From contig NJBF01000008.1 of assembly GCA_003144275.1 (NCBI GenBank), positions 39,232-71,231 on the forward strand: a DNA stretch of 32,000 nt, read 5' to 3'. Both the position numbers and the translations under genes were made by a program. Position 1 is the stretch's first letter; each line of letters begins with the position of its first letter. Below the pieces are notes generated by a model. The model saw nothing but the letters and a program-made list of their open reading frames with translations, did not search any database and was not told where the DNA came from. Below, piece by piece: positions 7,602 to 16,962 of the stretch. This DNA is from Candidatus Heimdallarchaeota archaeon B3_Heim (GTDB lineage Archaea > Asgardarchaeota > Heimdallarchaeia > Hodarchaeales > Hodarchaeaceae).

Positions 7602-8666
7602 ATGGTTAATTTTGATTTAAATTCGTTAAAACAGACCCAACGTGAATTATCCGAAATTATTGGCGTTTCAGGACATGAAGCACCTGTTGTTGATTATATA
7701 AAAGCCCAAATTGAAGGATTAGTCGATAAAATGTGGGTTGACCCCTTGGGTTCATTACTGGTGGTAAAAAAAGGAGCGAATCCAACGGAGAAAATTTTGC
7801 TTGATGCACACATGGATGAAATTGGATTTATGATAAGCTATATTGAACCTAAAGGATTCTTACGTTTTGTCCCAATTGGCGGATGGGATAGTCGTATATT
7901 ACTTGGCCAAGCCGTTAAAATTCTTGGAAAGGACAATAGAACATATGATGGCATAACTGGATCTAAACCTCCTCATTTAACTACACAGGAAGAACGTAAA
8001 ATTGCTGTAAACATCTCGGATATGTACATCGACACAGGAATGTCAGCAGAGCAAATTGATAAAGCAGAAATTCATATTGGATCAGTAGGAACCCTATATG
8101 ATCCGTTTGTCGAATTTCCAAACGATATGATTAGAGGAAAAGCTTTCGATGATAGAACAGGAGTAAATGTCCTAATTCAAATAATTAAAGAATTTTCAGA
8201 AATAAAACACGAGGATACACTTCTATTTAGTTTTACTATGGGAGAAGAAGTAGGAGGTAGAGGTGCAGGTCCTGCTGCTTTCTCTTTGGATCCAACATTA
8301 GCGATAGCAATCGAAAACACAACTGCTGCAGATGTACCAGGAATTCGTGATTCAGAATGTCCAGCATATATTGGAAAAGGGCCAGCAATCTCAGTTGCAG
8401 ATCGATCAATGATCGCACATCCCAAAGTCAATAATCGATTAATTTTGAATGCAGAACATGAGAAAATTCCTTTTCATATGAAAAAACCGATCTTTGGGGG
8501 TACAAATGCTGGTATCATTCATAAATCACGGGCAGGTATTCCATCCTCGGTTGTTTCCGTACCTTGTCGTTATATTCACTCACCCACATCCTTATTATCA
8601 TTAAATGACATTTACCATACAGTTCAATTAATCTCAGCATTTATTCGTAATCCTACGTCTTCTTGA
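7602..8666 (+). CDS. M42-family metallo-aminopeptidase (TET/FrvX/PepA-like), paralog 2
   Basis: Motifs LSEIIGVSGHEAPV, DAHMDEIGF, FDDRTGV, GEEVGGRGAG and PCRYIHSP. The ATG at 7602 follows AGGTG (5-nt spacer) and gives the canonical M42 N-terminus. The ORF-track start at 7560 adds 14 unlikely residues. Confidence 0.9.
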   Translation: MVNFDLNSLKQTQRELSEIIGVSGHEAPVVDYIKAQIEGLVDKMWVDPLGSLLVVKKGANPTEKILLDAHMDEIGFMISYIEPKGFLRFVPIGGWDSRILLGQAVKILGKDNRTYDGITGSKPPHLTTQEERKIAVNISDMYIDTGMSAEQIDKAEIHIGSVGTLYDPFVEFPNDMIRGKAFDDRTGVNVLIQIIKEFSEIKHEDTLLFSFTMGEEVGGRGAGPAAFSLDPTLAIAIENTTAADVPGIRDSECPAYIGKGPAISVADRSMIAHPKVNNRLILNAEHEKIPFHMKKPIFGGTNAGIIHKSRAGIPSSVVSVPCRYIHSPTSLLSLNDIYHTVQLISAFIRNPTSS

Positions 8667-8762
8667 TTGCTGGAAATATTGGAAGTTTTGTTCAAGTAAG
8701 AATTTAATCAGATGCAAAGAATCATAAATAGGTGAGGTTAGAGATTTGGCAATGAATGGAGA

Positions 8763-11138
8763 TTGTGGATATTGACTGAAGAATCAGTAATTTGGGATTT
8801 AAAAGATATCAAGAGTAAAGATCCTGATGTAAAATGGACTGCCGTTAATAACCTCAGTAAGTTCCTGAATAATAACCCTGAGAATTTCCGTTCTCGGATG
8901 ATCATTAAATCATTTCTAACAATGATTAACGATCCGCATGCTGGTATACGGGAAACAATTTTTTCAACATTGATACAAAAACTTCAACCCCAGCAATTAG
9001 AAGGGTTAATAAAGCGTGGATTGGAAGATTCAAGTCCAAGTATTCGTTCGCTAAGTTTAGAATGGTTAAATTCCACGAATCACAGCTCTGTCACTTCACA
9101 AGCAGTATTAGCACTACAAGACCCGAGTGAGGCCGTCTGTAAAATAGCACTAGATATTGTCGTTGCACGGAATATCAAAGGTGTGGAACAGAGACTGTTA
9201 GAACTACTTAAGAAAGAAAAAGGTGGCCTACGGCGAACTGTTATTTACGCTCTAGGAAAGATACAGACTGCTGAAGCTATAGGTACTCTAATTGAAATAA
9301 TGAGGAATCCTGATTTTGACGATTGGACCAGAAATCAAGCTAGCTCTGCATTAGAACATTTAGGAGGAAAAGAATTAGTAGTTCCTTTTATTGAAAATTT
9401 AACTGATGAAAATGATTATGTCCGTCAAACTGCTGCAGCCTTTCTAAAGAAAAATGAAAGTGATGTCACTTCGGTAATTTTAATGAACGCAAAATTGGAT
9501 TATGTTGCACTAATTCAACACGCCACCTCAGTCACTAAACAGGATTTTAGTTTGACGGTAAAAACGCTCAAAACTCAAATGTCAGAAAGTATTCATTCAT
9601 TAAATTTACAGCTTCAGGAACGTGAGAAATTTTCTCTGACTGATCTAACAGAAGAATGGGGAGCATCTATTATTGCTTCAAGAATAATTCTTGATGATTT
9701 CTTAGATCTGAGGCTTTTTCCACAACCTGAAGACGTTTATTATACTGAAAAGGGATTAAAGAGTATTTTAAAGGACAAATTTGCAGAAAAGAACTCTCTT
9801 GTACTTAAAGATGTTATACAGGTTCCCCCACTCGACAGAGTAGATCACGAGATTATTAAGGAATTATTAAGCACCATTGAGGATATTAAATGTGTTTCTT
9901 CAGATTTATATATTCTTGATCAAACTTTTATTGAAATATCAGAGAATTTTGGTATAAGTGGTCTATTACCTTTACAAAAAATTAGCACTGATTTACACCA
10001 ATCTTTAGAAGTCGTTTCACGAGAATTTAAGGAAAATTTAGTTCCCAATGATAATGGCTGGTTAAATAATAAGGATGAATATCTAACCCTTAAGTTTATA
10101 AGTCAAAAATCACTGGAATTTCTTAACCAATACCATATAATTGATTTAAATCAATTTCTGGCGAGTTTAGGGAGTCCAAAAGTTGAATTCTCAATTTTGA
10201 GGAATATAATTGAACGACACTCGCAAGGTAAGTGGTTGGACGATATCCAAGTATATATTACTAGTGAGGAATTTAAAGAAATCGAAGAAAATTCTATTAG
10301 AATTGATGAAGAGCGAGTCAGTCATTTAATCTCAGCTATAAACATGAAATTTCCTAAATTTCTAGAAAATTTGCAGAAAGTACTGGAGATAGACACATAT
10401 CAATCTTCAGAAGGTCAATTGATTTCATTAGAAAGTCTATATCCTCTAATTCATCAGGAAATTGAAGAAAAAAAATATATTATACTCGAAGAATTTCTGA
10501 AAGAGAATAGCCTAGAATCAAGTGTAAAATCTATGATTCTAGAATATCTAAATAAGAATTATCAAGGAAGAACTGATGAAAAGGTTGCTCATTTTTGCAC
10601 AAACGAATTATTACGAGAAGTACAAAAAGAATTTCAGAATCAGACTAGGATTAATTATGATGTTCTTGGATTCAAACTTAATCTACCAATAAACATAATG
10701 CAAACTATTATTCTAAATATTCTGAAAATATCTGGAATCCATAATAATCTCGGAGAATTTATTACCCTTGAAGGAGTAAAAACCGAGTATACACAAATTA
10801 TTGCTCATAAAGCAGAGTTTCCTATGGCAACTCTTCTAGAAATTCTCGAAGTTATTGATAATCAAAAAGCTGTCAGAATTATCGAAGATAAAATAAAATC
10901 AGATCCAGCGATTTATTTATCCGTAAATGGTAGACAAATCCGGACCCACCGTCGGGGTATTGAAATTGTTAATAGATTTCTAAAAAGATCCACCAACCTA
11001 ACAAGAAGGAGTATTTCTTTTTCGGAAATTAGTCAAGAAACAGAAATTTCTCAACCTGACATAGAAACAATTCTCAATACTCTTGTAGACAAAAATCTAG
11101 TGCCTGGAAGAGTTGAAAAAAATAAGTACGTTCAATAA
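8763..11138 (+). CDS. Large HEAT-repeat (PBS-lyase-type) protein with a long C-terminal array of winged-helix-like units
   Basis: 791-aa ORF with a TTG start at 8763 or 8772. The first ~230 aa are HEAT-like repeats (DPDVKWTAVNNL, DPHAGIRETIFSTL, DSSPSIRSLSLEWL, GLRRTVIYALGKIQTAEAIGTLIEIM, DENDYVRQTAAAFL). The remainder contains recurring ~55-65 aa HTH/WH-like units. The clearest is the last one: ISFSEISQETEISQPDIETILNTLVDKNLVPGRVEKNKYV. Confidence 0.7.
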   Translation: MWILTEESVIWDLKDIKSKDPDVKWTAVNNLSKFLNNNPENFRSRMIIKSFLTMINDPHAGIRETIFSTLIQKLQPQQLEGLIKRGLEDSSPSIRSLSLEWLNSTNHSSVTSQAVLALQDPSEAVCKIALDIVVARNIKGVEQRLLELLKKEKGGLRRTVIYALGKIQTAEAIGTLIEIMRNPDFDDWTRNQASSALEHLGGKELVVPFIENLTDENDYVRQTAAAFLKKNESDVTSVILMNAKLDYVALIQHATSVTKQDFSLTVKTLKTQMSESIHSLNLQLQEREKFSLTDLTEEWGASIIASRIILDDFLDLRLFPQPEDVYYTEKGLKSILKDKFAEKNSLVLKDVIQVPPLDRVDHEIIKELLSTIEDIKCVSSDLYILDQTFIEISENFGISGLLPLQKISTDLHQSLEVVSREFKENLVPNDNGWLNNKDEYLTLKFISQKSLEFLNQYHIIDLNQFLASLGSPKVEFSILRNIIERHSQGKWLDDIQVYITSEEFKEIEENSIRIDEERVSHLISAINMKFPKFLENLQKVLEIDTYQSSEGQLISLESLYPLIHQEIEEKKYIILEEFLKENSLESSVKSMILEYLNKNYQGRTDEKVAHFCTNELLREVQKEFQNQTRINYDVLGFKLNLPINIMQTIILNILKISGIHNNLGEFITLEGVKTEYTQIIAHKAEFPMATLLEILEVIDNQKAVRIIEDKIKSDPAIYLSVNGRQIRTHRRGIEIVNRFLKRSTNLTRRSISFSEISQETEISQPDIETILNTLVDKNLVPGRVEKNKYVQ

Positions 11139-11164
11139 TACCTATTTTGTGGACAAACAGGAAA

Positions 11165-11884
11165 ATGAGCAATCCTCTAACCATAATTGTAGATCATCGA
11201 GAACCTGCAGAAATTAAAAAGAGATTAATTAAATTAGGTATGGAGATCAAGGAAGAACAGTTAGACATCGCCGATTATGTCTTATCTGATACAGTTGCCT
11301 GTGAACGTAAGACAGGAGCAGACTTAATCTCTTCAATTATGGATAATCGTCTTTTTGAACAGATAGATAGATTAATTGAAACATACGATCAACCAATATT
11401 AATTGTAGAGAATTTAGAAACGGCATTCGAACGTACTGAATGGAAAAAGCGAAAAAAACATGTTTTTGGAGCCTTAACTTATATATTTTTGAGAAGACAA
11501 GTACCAGTCGTACCTACTACTCGGAAGAGTGAAACGGCTATTCTTTTAAATCGAATCGCATCCTGGACGCAAGAAGAAAAATCTGACCCCTTGATTGCCA
11601 GAAAATCTCCAAAAAAACGGACACTTAGAGAAGATCAGCTATTCTTTCTTCAAGGATTGTACAATACTGGACAGAAAAAAGGAGAAATTTTACTCGATTC
11701 GTTTAAGAATAGTCCAGAAAAAGTATTAAATTCGATTCTCCAAACAGATGTAGTGTATACGAAAACAGGTAATCCTAAGGGACTCGAAGGACCAATGAAA
11801 TCTCTAGAAGGATTTGGTCCAAAATATGTAATACAAAATCAACGTTTACTTCGATCCTCGGCGAAAGATGAAGCAAAAAAATAA
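11165..11884 (+). CDS. ERCC4-type structure-specific endonuclease (short XPF/Mus81-family form with C-terminal HhH motifs)
   Basis: Nuclease signature IIVDHREP ... IADYVLSD-TVACERKTGADLISSIMDNRLFEQ (the ERKxxxD block). C-terminal HhH-like elements are LFFLQGLYNTGQKKGEILLDSF and LEGFGPKYV. The ATG at 11165 is preferred over the TTG at 11147. Confidence 0.85.
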   Translation: MSNPLTIIVDHREPAEIKKRLIKLGMEIKEEQLDIADYVLSDTVACERKTGADLISSIMDNRLFEQIDRLIETYDQPILIVENLETAFERTEWKKRKKHVFGALTYIFLRRQVPVVPTTRKSETAILLNRIASWTQEEKSDPLIARKSPKKRTLREDQLFFLQGLYNTGQKKGEILLDSFKNSPEKVLNSILQTDVVYTKTGNPKGLEGPMKSLEGFGPKYVIQNQRLLRSSAKDEAKK

Positions 11885-11900
11885 TCACTTTCATTCATTG

Positions 11901-12164
11901 TCAATGCCAACTACACTGAACTTGTTCATCAAAGGCACGCAAATCCGTTAAATCCTTATTTGCTTCACGAAGGAAATTTATAATACATTCCACTGGTTGA
12001 ATCTTTGTACAAACAGTTATCCAGGCGCAATCCAATTCACAAAATGGAAAAGGCATTATTTCCAGCTTTTTTCTTATTCTATTCAGCTCTTCCATAAGGA
12101 GTCTGTGTGTTGAACTATGTGACTTACCTACTCTTCCAAAATCGAGCTTAAAATCGGAATTCAT
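11901..12164 (-). CDS. Hypothetical small Cys-containing protein (87 aa)
   Basis: ATG-started ORF with a TATA-like TTTTTATAAA (12205-12196 on the minus strand) about 32 nt upstream. It contains five Cys residues (CELDC ... VC ... VEC ... QC). I recognise no family. Confidence 0.4.
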   Translation of the reverse strand: MNSDFKLDFGRVGKSHSSTHRLLMEELNRIRKKLEIMPFPFCELDCAWITVCTKIQPVECIINFLREANKDLTDLRAFDEQVQCSWH

Positions 12165-12293
12165 TTCACAGTCAGGTTCTTAGAAACATATAGGATTTAT
12201 AAAAACTTCTATGACATTTATATAGGAATACACAGAGAGAGATCACTGATTATGACGAAAATGAACATTTCGGCTGCACACAGAATGATCATT

Positions 12294-13100
12294 TCATTTG
12301 GGCATTTCATAACTGTAGCTGAGATCTGGGAATGATTTGTTTCGTACTTCTTTGTTATACTCTTGGATTGCAGATAATATCTGATCCTTGAGATTAGCGT
12401 ATCTTTTAACAAATTTAGCCTTGAAATCAAAATAACCAAGCATATCATAAGTTACCAGGACTTGTCCAGAGCAATAAGGGCCAGCACCAATCCCAATAGT
12501 GGGAATAGATATCGATTCAGTAATTTCTTTAGCAACTTCCCATGGAATAGCTTCTAATACTAATGAAAAAATTCCTGCTTCCTCTAAAGCACGAGCCTCT
12601 TCAACTAACTTCTTTGCCGTTTCTTCTGATCTACCTTGTACCTTAAACCCACCGAATTTATGAAAAGACTGAGGTGTTAAACCCAAATGGCCCATGACAG
12701 GAATTCCTGCATCCAATATTCCTTCAATCGCTGAAATACGTTCACTACCTCCTTCTAGTTTGATAGCTTCAGCACGTCCTAATTGCATCAGTTTTACCGA
12801 GTTTTTAATTGCTTCTTCACGTGAGACTTGAAACGTTCCAAAAGGAAGATCTCCAATCACCATGGCTGATTTGGCACCCCTAGCTACAGCTTGTGTATGT
12901 CGGATAGAATCTTCCAAAGTTACCTGTAGGGTGGTTTTTTGGCCGTAAACTACCATACCCATAGTATCGCCTACTAAAAGCATGTCAGTTTCAGCCTCAT
13001 TAAGAATAGAGGCCATTACATAATCATACGCTGTAAGCATAGTAATTTTTTTTCCAGAATCATACATTTCCATTATATCTAATACTGTTTTCTTTTTCAA
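12294..13100 (-). CDS. panB: 3-methyl-2-oxobutanoate hydroxymethyltransferase (ketopantoate hydroxymethyltransferase)
   Basis: Full-length PanB pattern: ITMLTAYDY, DMLLVGDTMGMVVYG, LEDSIRHTQAVARGA, VIGDLPFGT, AIKLEGG, PVMGHLGLTPQS, IPTIGIGAG. Confidence 0.95.
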   Translation of the reverse strand: MKKKTVLDIMEMYDSGKKITMLTAYDYVMASILNEAETDMLLVGDTMGMVVYGQKTTLQVTLEDSIRHTQAVARGAKSAMVIGDLPFGTFQVSREEAIKNSVKLMQLGRAEAIKLEGGSERISAIEGILDAGIPVMGHLGLTPQSFHKFGGFKVQGRSEETAKKLVEEARALEEAGIFSLVLEAIPWEVAKEITESISIPTIGIGAGPYCSGQVLVTYDMLGYFDFKAKFVKRYANLKDQILSAIQEYNKEVRNKSFPDLSYSYEMPK

Positions 13101-13109
13101 ATCTTCACC

Positions 13110-13892
13110 TCATATTACTAATTTATCACTAGTCGCTAAAGTATTCAAACGCTCTGACATAAACTTTAAAGCATCTTGTAGAAGTTTTTCATTACTATAG
13201 TGTTTCAATCGCTCTTTCAGTTGATTTTTGGGGAGTTGAACGAATTCCTCGGCATATTTTATCATTTCAGGTACTGCTCTGATTAAATTATTCGTAATCG
13301 AAACGTTTGCTGTGAGCGATGTACGAGATATTGGATTAAGATCAACAGTTACAACCGATTTATTCATTCGCCTTAAAGCCTGAGTGCGATCTCCATCCTC
13401 TAATGGCACAAACACGCAATCTGAAATGGCAATACCCCTAGAATCTACTATACGTCTAAGATGAGAGATTTCTGCTATAGTTTCTTGATATTCTGGATCA
13501 AGTCCTAATATCAAACCAGCCCCTGCGTCTATTAATTTCTTTTTTATCGCCTGTTCTCTCTCCTGTGATCGATAAAATAGATTAATTTCAAGTGGAGCTT
13601 TTAGAATGTTGCTAAGATCTACAATTTCCTTCGGACATAGAGCTGCGACATTTCCGTTCACAGAAATTATGGGTTTACCCGCTGAAAGAAGATATAGTAC
13701 AGCAAATTCTTCCTGTTTGAGGGCAAACTTTGGAGTATTCTCACCCAGGATATAATCAAAAGCCTCGCCTCTTCCATGAGCGATTAGTCCTGCCTCTGCA
13801 ACAATTTTTTGATGCATCCCACTAATGATAGCATCTCGAACGGTCAACGATACATAACATGGGTGATCTTTTGGAATTTCATGATTTGACAT
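13110..13892 (-). CDS. Archaeal phosphopantothenate synthetase (4-phosphopantoate--beta-alanine ligase, COG1701 type)
   Basis: IPKDHPCYVSLTVRD ... AGLIAHGRGEAFDYILGE is the hallmark N-terminal block of archaeal PPS. The preferred start is the ATG at 13892, which forms a TAATG overlap with the upstream stop. The ORF-track start at 13922 adds 10 aa and a 31-nt overlap. Confidence 0.85.
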   Translation of the reverse strand: MSNHEIPKDHPCYVSLTVRDAIISGMHQKIVAEAGLIAHGRGEAFDYILGENTPKFALKQEEFAVLYLLSAGKPIISVNGNVAALCPKEIVDLSNILKAPLEINLFYRSQEREQAIKKKLIDAGAGLILGLDPEYQETIAEISHLRRIVDSRGIAISDCVFVPLEDGDRTQALRRMNKSVVTVDLNPISRTSLTANVSITNNLIRAVPEMIKYAEEFVQLPKNQLKERLKHYSNEKLLQDALKFMSERLNTLATSDKLVI

Positions 13893-14776
13893 TAACTTGT
13901 CCTCTTTATTGTTGTTGTACATATAGTTTCTGGATGAATTAGGTCAGGAGAGATATTCACCTCAGCCAGTTCGTCTTCTTCATGATAAAATAAGAATAAA
14001 GCATCGCCTAACATAATTTGGGCACCGATAACATTTGTAGGAAGATTGGTCAATATAGTTTGAAGTTGAGGAGACCACAATTGGACCCCACGAGTAAATT
14101 CTGATGTATAATGAACAAAATGATCGAATTCAGGTTCTTTAATTAAAGCCTCAATTAATTTCGAGCTAGTCCTATTGACCGATACTCGTCGTACTGGATC
14201 TGATAATATGGAGGAGGTGGAAATAGTTCCTAAGGATACAGTAGCAAATTTCCAATCATCTTCCTTACGCATAGCTATGGTCTTACCATATCCAGGAGCA
14301 CCTTCCTTGGTTCGTATTTCTAACCCTCCTTGAAATAAACCAATCACATCACCCAAACCGGATTTTGTCAAGACTTCTGCTTTATGGGCAACTTGAAATA
14401 ACTCAAGAGTGCTTAAGTCAAGCTCAAAATATTCATTTATGCAATAAGCTGTTCCCAAAGCTCCAGCAGCAGAGGCACCAAAACCACTCTTGGTAGGTAC
14501 TTCGAAATTATGACTTATGAGAAAGTTTCTTTGATCTCTCTCGGGAACTAGTAAATTGATAATTTTAACTGTTACCATAGAATTCGATAATGCTTGTTGT
14601 TGCTCATTAAATAGTACAATTACTGAGGAGCTATCAGATTCCTGTATCGAAGTCGTTACTCCTCTTTGTATGGATATACCAGCCCCCCTTGATCCAATTT
14701 TTAATAATTCGCTAGATTGGTCTATTATTTCAAAAAGTCCAGTGAGATGGGCAGCTACCCAGAATTCAGACTTCAT
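13892..14776 (-). CDS. Archaeal pantoate kinase (GHMP-kinase family, COG1829 type)
   Basis: Contains the GHMP motif PTKSGFGASAAGALGTA and an N-terminal AAHLTGLFEI block like the PoK aHiTGfF block. It sits between panE and PPS. Confidence 0.8.
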   Translation of the reverse strand: MKSEFWVAAHLTGLFEIIDQSSELLKIGSRGAGISIQRGVTTSIQESDSSSVIVLFNEQQQALSNSMVTVKIINLLVPERDQRNFLISHNFEVPTKSGFGASAAGALGTAYCINEYFELDLSTLELFQVAHKAEVLTKSGLGDVIGLFQGGLEIRTKEGAPGYGKTIAMRKEDDWKFATVSLGTISTSSILSDPVRRVSVNRTSSKLIEALIKEPEFDHFVHYTSEFTRGVQLWSPQLQTILTNLPTNVIGAQIMLGDALFLFYHEEDELAEVNISPDLIHPETICTTTIKRTS

Positions 14777-14794
14777 GGTTAGATTAACTCAAAT

Positions 14795-15712
14795 CTAGTG
14801 ATGATTTCTTTCGAGATGTCGGATCAAATCTGTAATTGCCGAATTAATAGGTGCGTTCAATCCATATGATCGACTTTCTCTTGCAATAAATCCGTTCATG
14901 AAATCGATCTCTGTGCGACGTCCTCGTTCAACATCCTGAAGCATACTGCACTTATTATCTTGAGTTTTATTGATCACTTCTTTAATAAAATCACGAGAAG
15001 CAGAAAAATCTTCATCTGGAAGAAGATGAGTTGCTAGCGCTATTCCTTCATCTAAGATTGCATTAAATATACGTACAAAAGATGGCCGCTTCAATATTTC
15101 ACCATTCTTCGAATGAAGTATTGTACCCAGAGGGCAGATGGCAGCATTAGCAAGGAGTTTATACCACATTTTCAGCTGGATATTCTGAGTTTCCTTAATT
15201 TGAAAACCCGAAGAAGAAAGAATTTTTTCGACTTGACTACTAAATCCGTTTCCTTTACCTGAAACAATCCCAAAAGAAGTCTTACCGAATGCAACATGTT
15301 TTACAACAGCTGGTTGTATCAACTCTGCTGCTTCTGTAGTAACGGCTCGATAAATTGGATTTTCTGGTAAGACTTTTTTAAATATATCCTCATTTCCCAT
15401 TCCATTCTGGATTAAAAAAATAGGAGTTTCAATATTTAAGCCGTTAGATAAAGATTCTGCTACTGTTTGATTATCGTAAGCTTTTGTAGTAACAAATATT
15501 GCATCAGAATTTTGTTTAGTCGGGTTGTATTCAGTTTTTGCTGGGAAATATGAAACAATATTGGTTCCCTGTTCTAGAATTGTGAGTCCTTTTTCTTGGA
15601 TTTTTTTTATGTGAGCTTTTCGTCCTACAACATCGACATCAAATCCTGAGTAGGCAACTCTTCCTGCAAATAAAGAACCGATACTTCCTGCTCCAATAAC
15701 AGATATATTCAT
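14795..15712 (-). CDS. panE: 2-dehydropantoate 2-reductase (ketopantoate reductase)
   Basis: N-terminal Rossmann motif ISVIGAGSIGSLFAGR. The ApbA/PanE-like C-terminal domain includes CSMLQDVERGRRTEIDFMNG. The start codon overlaps the coaBC stop (ATGA). Confidence 0.85.
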   Translation of the reverse strand: MNISVIGAGSIGSLFAGRVAYSGFDVDVVGRKAHIKKIQEKGLTILEQGTNIVSYFPAKTEYNPTKQNSDAIFVTTKAYDNQTVAESLSNGLNIETPIFLIQNGMGNEDIFKKVLPENPIYRAVTTEAAELIQPAVVKHVAFGKTSFGIVSGKGNGFSSQVEKILSSSGFQIKETQNIQLKMWYKLLANAAICPLGTILHSKNGEILKRPSFVRIFNAILDEGIALATHLLPDEDFSASRDFIKEVINKTQDNKCSMLQDVERGRRTEIDFMNGFIARESRSYGLNAPINSAITDLIRHLERNHH

Positions 15713-16962
15713 TGTAAATCCTTCCTCCTATTGAACTCTACTGAAATTATATTTGCTAGCTCATGCCCGAGAGTTTGCTTTGACCCCTTTAATTCAAGAA
15801 CTTCCTGCTGGTCTCTTACAATGAATAATTCATTAGTTTTGGACACAAATCCTTTATTTGCTTCTCCAACCCAATTTGCACACACAATATTCACTTTATT
15901 CTCTTCTAGAAACTGAGCTGCACGAGAAATCAGTTTTTTTTTACTAATACCAACTTCTGCCTTATAGGTAACAATAAAGAGAGACGGAAATTCGTTTCTT
16001 ATTGTCTTCACAATCTTCATTGTAGGTTTTAACGAAATTGATAATTCATTCTGGCGGGACGGAATCTTTCCTTGTTGAAAGGTTGGTTGATAATCAGCTA
16101 CAGCAGCTACAGAAATTAGCCCATCCACCTTTCCATTCGATAGTTGCTCTTTTACTTGCTGGTACATTTCGGAGGTAGATCTAACCACCGTTACTGAAGA
16201 CGAAATAAGTTTCTGATCTATTGTATTTCCTTCTCCGAGGATGAATGAAACGTCTGCACCTAGCTTCTGCAATGCTTTTACAACATAAAGGGCTGACAAT
16301 CCACTGGAAGGATTGGAAAGGAATCTAACATCATCAAAATACTCACGAGTTGCTCCACCCGTCACAATAAATTTAGTACCTTGTAACGGACGAGGAGCAC
16401 TTAATAATGAAAATATCTGATCCATTAATCTCTCTAAGGGGGGAAATTTGTGTTTTTTCTCCTCTTCATCACTTGAGAGAAAGTGTACGTCTAAGTGCTT
16501 GAGATACTCCATGTTTTTCTGGGTTATAGGGTTGTCAAGTAATACATTATGGGCTGCAGGAACGATAAGGCACGGAATATTTGCTCCAATGCTGGCTAAA
16601 GCCGTTAAAGAAACTGGACCATCAGCAACCCCAGATGCAAGTTTAGAGATGGTATTAGCCGTGGCAGGACACAGTAAGTATAAATCTACCTTTTGTTCTG
16701 GATCCACGCTCCACTTAATATGTTCGGATAATCCTGAAATTTCAGTATAAGGAAGTTTGCCCATTGACCATGTCAAAGAATCGACAGTAACAAATCGTAA
16801 GGCATCTTCAGAAAGAACTACAATAGGTTCTCCAGAATGACGAAGAATTTCCCGCACTAAATGGGGGGTTTCGATTGCAGCGATCGAACCTGTAACGCCA
16901 ATTAGGATACGCTTACCCTCTAAAAGCTTACCCTTGGTTCCATAAATTTCGGCGATGCTCAT
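15709..16962 (-). CDS. coaBC: Bifunctional phosphopantothenoylcysteine decarboxylase / phosphopantothenate-cysteine ligase
   Basis: The N-terminal flavoprotein domain has GKRILIGVTGSIAA and PATANTISKLASGVADG. The C-terminal DFP ligase domain has FIVTGGATREYFDDVRFLSNPSSG and AAVADY. Confidence 0.92.
   Translation of the reverse strand: MSIAEIYGTKGKLLEGKRILIGVTGSIAAIETPHLVREILRHSGEPIVVLSEDALRFVTVDSLTWSMGKLPYTEISGLSEHIKWSVDPEQKVDLYLLCPATANTISKLASGVADGPVSLTALASIGANIPCLIVPAAHNVLLDNPITQKNMEYLKHLDVHFLSSDEEEKKHKFPPLERLMDQIFSLLSAPRPLQGTKFIVTGGATREYFDDVRFLSNPSSGLSALYVVKALQKLGADVSFILGEGNTIDQKLISSSVTVVRSTSEMYQQVKEQLSNGKVDGLISVAAVADYQPTFQQGKIPSRQNELSISLKPTMKIVKTIRNEFPSLFIVTYKAEVGISKKKLISRAAQFLEENKVNIVCANWVGEANKGFVSKTNELFIVRDQQEVLELKGSKQTLGHELANIISVEFNRRKDLQ

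Noticed and set aside
12218-12448. 76-aa minus-strand ORF overlapping the 3' end of panB
   Set aside because: It is an alternative frame of the panB C-terminus, and the PanB assignment is unambiguous.
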